From a virus (taxonomy: Duplodnaviria > Heunggongvirae > Uroviricota > Caudoviricetes), in the IMG/VR virus record IMGVR_UViG_2600255005_000007, positions 1 through 8,899 of that record: a DNA stretch of 8,899 nucleotides; one strand, written 5' to 3'. The position numbers and the translations under genes are program-made. Positions 6,802 through 8,899 of the stretch are shown here, one piece after another. The notes beneath the pieces are model-generated. The model worked only from the letters and a program-made list of their open reading frames with translations. It searched no databases and was not told the origin of the DNA. The first letter of the stretch is position 1, and every line of letters begins with the position of its first letter.

Positions 6802-7260
6802 ATGAAAAATATTAGAGAGTTAAATAATGCAGAATTCTCCGGGCTTATTAACAATGCTTTACCATTCTTACATATTAATCCTATAAGCGAAGCTGTTTGT
6901 ATTCATGCAGAAGCTTATAAAAGTGGTATTGATGTTAACTATATCCGTTGCAACGTTGACTGGGAGGGGTTTTCTTCTTTAACTGAAGCGTTGGAAACGT
7001 TATACCATGAATTATTTAAAGATGGTATTCCATCAGGCGAATTGTTGTTTTTTTACCCGTTTGATAGAACAAAGAAAGGGAATTATGGTGTTATACTGGA
7101 ATCATCTCAGCTATTAGATTTCTTAATAAAAGAGCATTTGAAGATTTATCCTGAATGTTTTAATGTAGAAATGTGTAGCTTCGGTTTTTATTTTATAGAT
7201 CACGAAATATTTTACGGCATGGAACATCCTGATTTTTTATATAGTTTCTGTGTAAGATAA
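6802..7260 (+). CDS. Putative cognate immunity protein 3 (152 aa)
   Basis: The ATG directly abuts the toxin TAA (taaATG), implying translational coupling. AT-rich. Immunity position. A terminator hairpin follows. Confidence 0.65.
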   Translation: MKNIRELNNAEFSGLINNALPFLHINPISEAVCIHAEAYKSGIDVNYIRCNVDWEGFSSLTEALETLYHELFKDGIPSGELLFFYPFDRTKKGNYGVILESSQLLDFLIKEHLKIYPECFNVEMCSFGFYFIDHEIFYGMEHPDFLYSFCVR

Positions 7261-7297
7261 TTAATAAAGTGAGGAGTATATTTCTCTTTCTTAATCG

Positions 7298-7332
7298 CCG
7301 GGAAAGGTAGATTAAATCTTCCCGGCTTTTTT
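7298..7332 (+). terminator. Rho-independent terminator after immunity 3, homologous to the one at 4701-4740
   Basis: Stem ccgggaa (7298-7304) / ttcccgg (7319-7325), followed by gc and T6 (7327-7332). Confidence 0.7.
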
Positions 7333-7599
7333 ATTATTTAACGTTCGTTCAGCACACTAAACATCCCGTCCCGCATCCCCTTAACAGCCTGTTTAACCTG
7401 ATAAAGTTCCCTGCGCAGTTCCTGTACTTCGTTGTTATCCGCTAGCAGGATCAGGCAACCTTCCGAGATCTTCACGGTAACGCCCGTGCCGATCTCAAAT
7501 CCCGCTTCTCTCAGCCATTTGGCGCTGATTTTGATCACCGGCGTGTCGCTGCGGTTGGGCAGATAGCCCACGGTACAGTGGCGCTGTGTTTTGGAAATG
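7311..7599. repeat. Direct repeat copy B (289 bp)
   Basis: See copy A. The repeat ends at the same ...ggaaatg, after which the primase-like frame begins. Confidence 0.9.
7338..7571 (-). CDS. SymE-family protein, copy B, probably 5'-truncated. The ORF track extends it to 7619.
   Basis: Same sequence as copy A with 2 amino-acid differences (N/D, and terminal S/R). The 16 extra N-terminal codons in the track (7572-7619) begin with a GTG that lies outside the repeat, on the antisense of the primase fragment, and has no SD. I treat that extension as fortuitous. Confidence 0.7.
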   Translation of the reverse strand: MGYLPNRSDTPVIKISAKWLREAGFEIGTGVTVKISEGCLILLADNNEVQELRRELYQVKQAVKGMRDGMFSVLNER

Positions 7600-8824
7600 G
7601 TGGGCCGCACTGCTGGCACACGGCGTCAGGCAGGTACTGATCGCCTACGACAACGATCCGGCGGGCAATGAGGCGGCGGTGAAACTGGCTTCTTCCTTAG
7701 CCGCTTCCGGGATCGCCACGTTCCGCGTACTGTTCCCGGCGGGCATGGATGCGAACGGTTATCTGTGCAGTGTGGCAGAGCCGGAACAGGCGTTCAGTCT
7801 GTTGCTGGATGGCGCGGTGCCCATGAGTGACCTGGCCGATGCGGAGAGTATCGCGCCGCAGGCCAGCGCGGAGCCTGCACACCTGACTTCATTAGCTGCC
7901 GGGGTTGCGGTCTTACCCGCAGCCGCCGCGCCTGCACCGGGCGTCAGCGTGGAAACCCTGGCCGATGGCGAACTGATGGTAGCCTTACCCGGCGAACGCT
8001 GGACTATCAGGGGCGTAAGCCGCAAACCGAACGTCGCCGCGATGAAGGTCAATGCGCAGGTGCTGGACACCAACAGCGGCGTGGTGTTCGCTGATGCGGT
8101 GGATATGATGAGCGCCCGCAGCCGTTCCGGTTATGCGCGGGCCGCAGCGGCAGAGCTTGGGCTTGCCGAAGGCGACCTGCGCCGTTCGCTGGGTAAGGTG
8201 CTGCTGGCGCTGGAGCACTGGCAGGCGGCACCGGAGCCGGAGAGCGTCGCCCCGGAGATGACGCCGGAAGATCGGGAGGCGGCGCTGGATCTGCTGCGCG
8301 ACGAGTGTCTTGCCGGGCGCATCGCTTCTGATATGGCGGCGTGTGGCGTGGTGGGTGAGTCCACCAACCTGACGGCGGCGTATCTGGCGGCGGTGTCACG
8401 CAAACTGGAGCGCCCGCTTGCCGTTCTCATCCAGTCGTCGAGCGCGGCGGGTAAGTCCAGCTTAATGGATGCGGTGCTCAATCTGATCCCGCCAGAGGAA
8501 CGGCTGCAATACAGCGCCATGACCGGGCAGAGCCTGTTCTACCTCGGCGAAACCAACCTGCAACACAAGATCCTCGCCATCGCAGAAGAAGAAGGTGTGC
8601 GCCAGGCGGCGTATGCGCTGAAACTGTTGCAATCAGACGGGGAACTGACCATCGCCAGTACGGGCAAGGACGACGCCAGCGGCAACCTGGTCACCAAACA
8701 GTACACGGTGAAAGGCCCGGTGATGCTGATGCTGACCACCACGGCGATCGACGTCGATGAAGAACTGTTAAACCGCTGCCTGGTGCTGACGGTGAACGAG
8801 TCGCGGGAGCAGACGGAGGCCGAA
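7598..8824 (+). pseudogene. Internal fragment of a Toprim / P-loop NTPase primase-helicase-like protein of an integrative or conjugative element, truncated at both ends
   Basis: VLIAYDNDPAGNEAAVKLA...FRVLFPAGMDANGYL looks like the distal Toprim DxD region. Later, LIQSSSAAGKSSLMDAV is Walker A-like and HKILAIAEEEG is Walker B-like. The codon usage is GC-rich and coding-like, and all minus-strand ORFs here are shadows. There is no native start because the frame enters from the SymE repeat. At the 3' end the reading frame runs into the rrn leader and stops there fortuitously. Confidence 0.7.
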
Positions 8825-8899
8825 CTGCTCTTTAACAATTTATCAGACAATCTGTGTGGGCACTCGAAGATACGGATTCTTAACGTCCTCGGACGATAA
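8824..8899 (+). promoter_or_regulatory. rRNA operon leader including the boxA antitermination element; 16S rRNA expected just downstream of the window
   Basis: actgctctttaacaatttatcagacaatctgtgtgggcactcgaagatacggattcttaacgtc is identical to my recollection of the E. coli rrn leader downstream of P2. boxA tgctctttaacaa is at 8826-8838. The following small hairpin differs in a compensatory way (cgtcctcggacg versus cgtcgcaagacg), consistent with a natural rrn variant. Confidence 0.8.

Noticed and set aside
7572-7619. N-terminal extension (MPAVRPT…) of SymE-like copy B
   Set aside because: It starts at a GTG outside the repeat, on the antisense of the primase fragment, without an SD, and is absent from copy A. 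It is a fortuitous fusion.
7697-8850. Five minus-strand ORFs (61-129 aa) under the primase-like gene
   Set aside because: They are typical antisense shadows of a GC-rich coding region, and the plus-strand frame carries the recognisable Toprim and Walker motifs.
1-8899. CRISPR arrays, tRNA genes, IS elements or transposase genes
   Set aside because: I saw no regularly spaced short repeats, cloverleaf candidates, or terminal inverted repeats of IS families I can recall (IS1, IS2, IS3, IS5, IS10, IS26, IS30, IS150, IS186).

Overview
Enterobacterial DNA that reads as a mosaic of truncated, unrelated modules joined at abrupt junctions, with no IS element visible at any junction. In order: (1) 1-477, minus strand, an internal fragment of bcsC (cellulose synthase TPR subunit). 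(2) 478-2669, the 3' part of a phage side tail fibre gene plus two small, tightly coupled accessory genes. (3) about 2680-3033, the C-terminal catalytic fragment of a tyrosine recombinase, followed by a very GC-rich stretch (about 3034-3900) with three consecutive long imperfect hairpins and no convincing CDS. (4) about 3970-7600, an AT-rich block that is the most interesting part. It holds three start-less orphan Rhs C-terminal toxin tips, each beginning at the DPIGLxGG...NP..W/HIDPLGL core/toxin boundary motif and each followed by an immunity-like ORF. Two about 97% identical 288-bp direct repeats punctuate the block, each carrying a terminator hairpin plus a convergent SymE-family (AbrB-fold, type I toxin-like) ORF cut at exactly the same 5' nucleotide. 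(5) 7598-8824, an internal fragment of a GC-rich Toprim/P-loop primase-helicase-like gene. (6) 8824-8899, the rRNA operon leader with the boxA antiterminator, so a 16S gene should lie just past the window end. The 695-aa ORF at 1-2088 is an artefact: the antisense of bcsC happens to stay open and runs into the tail fibre frame. All family assignments come from reading translations by eye; no searches were run.
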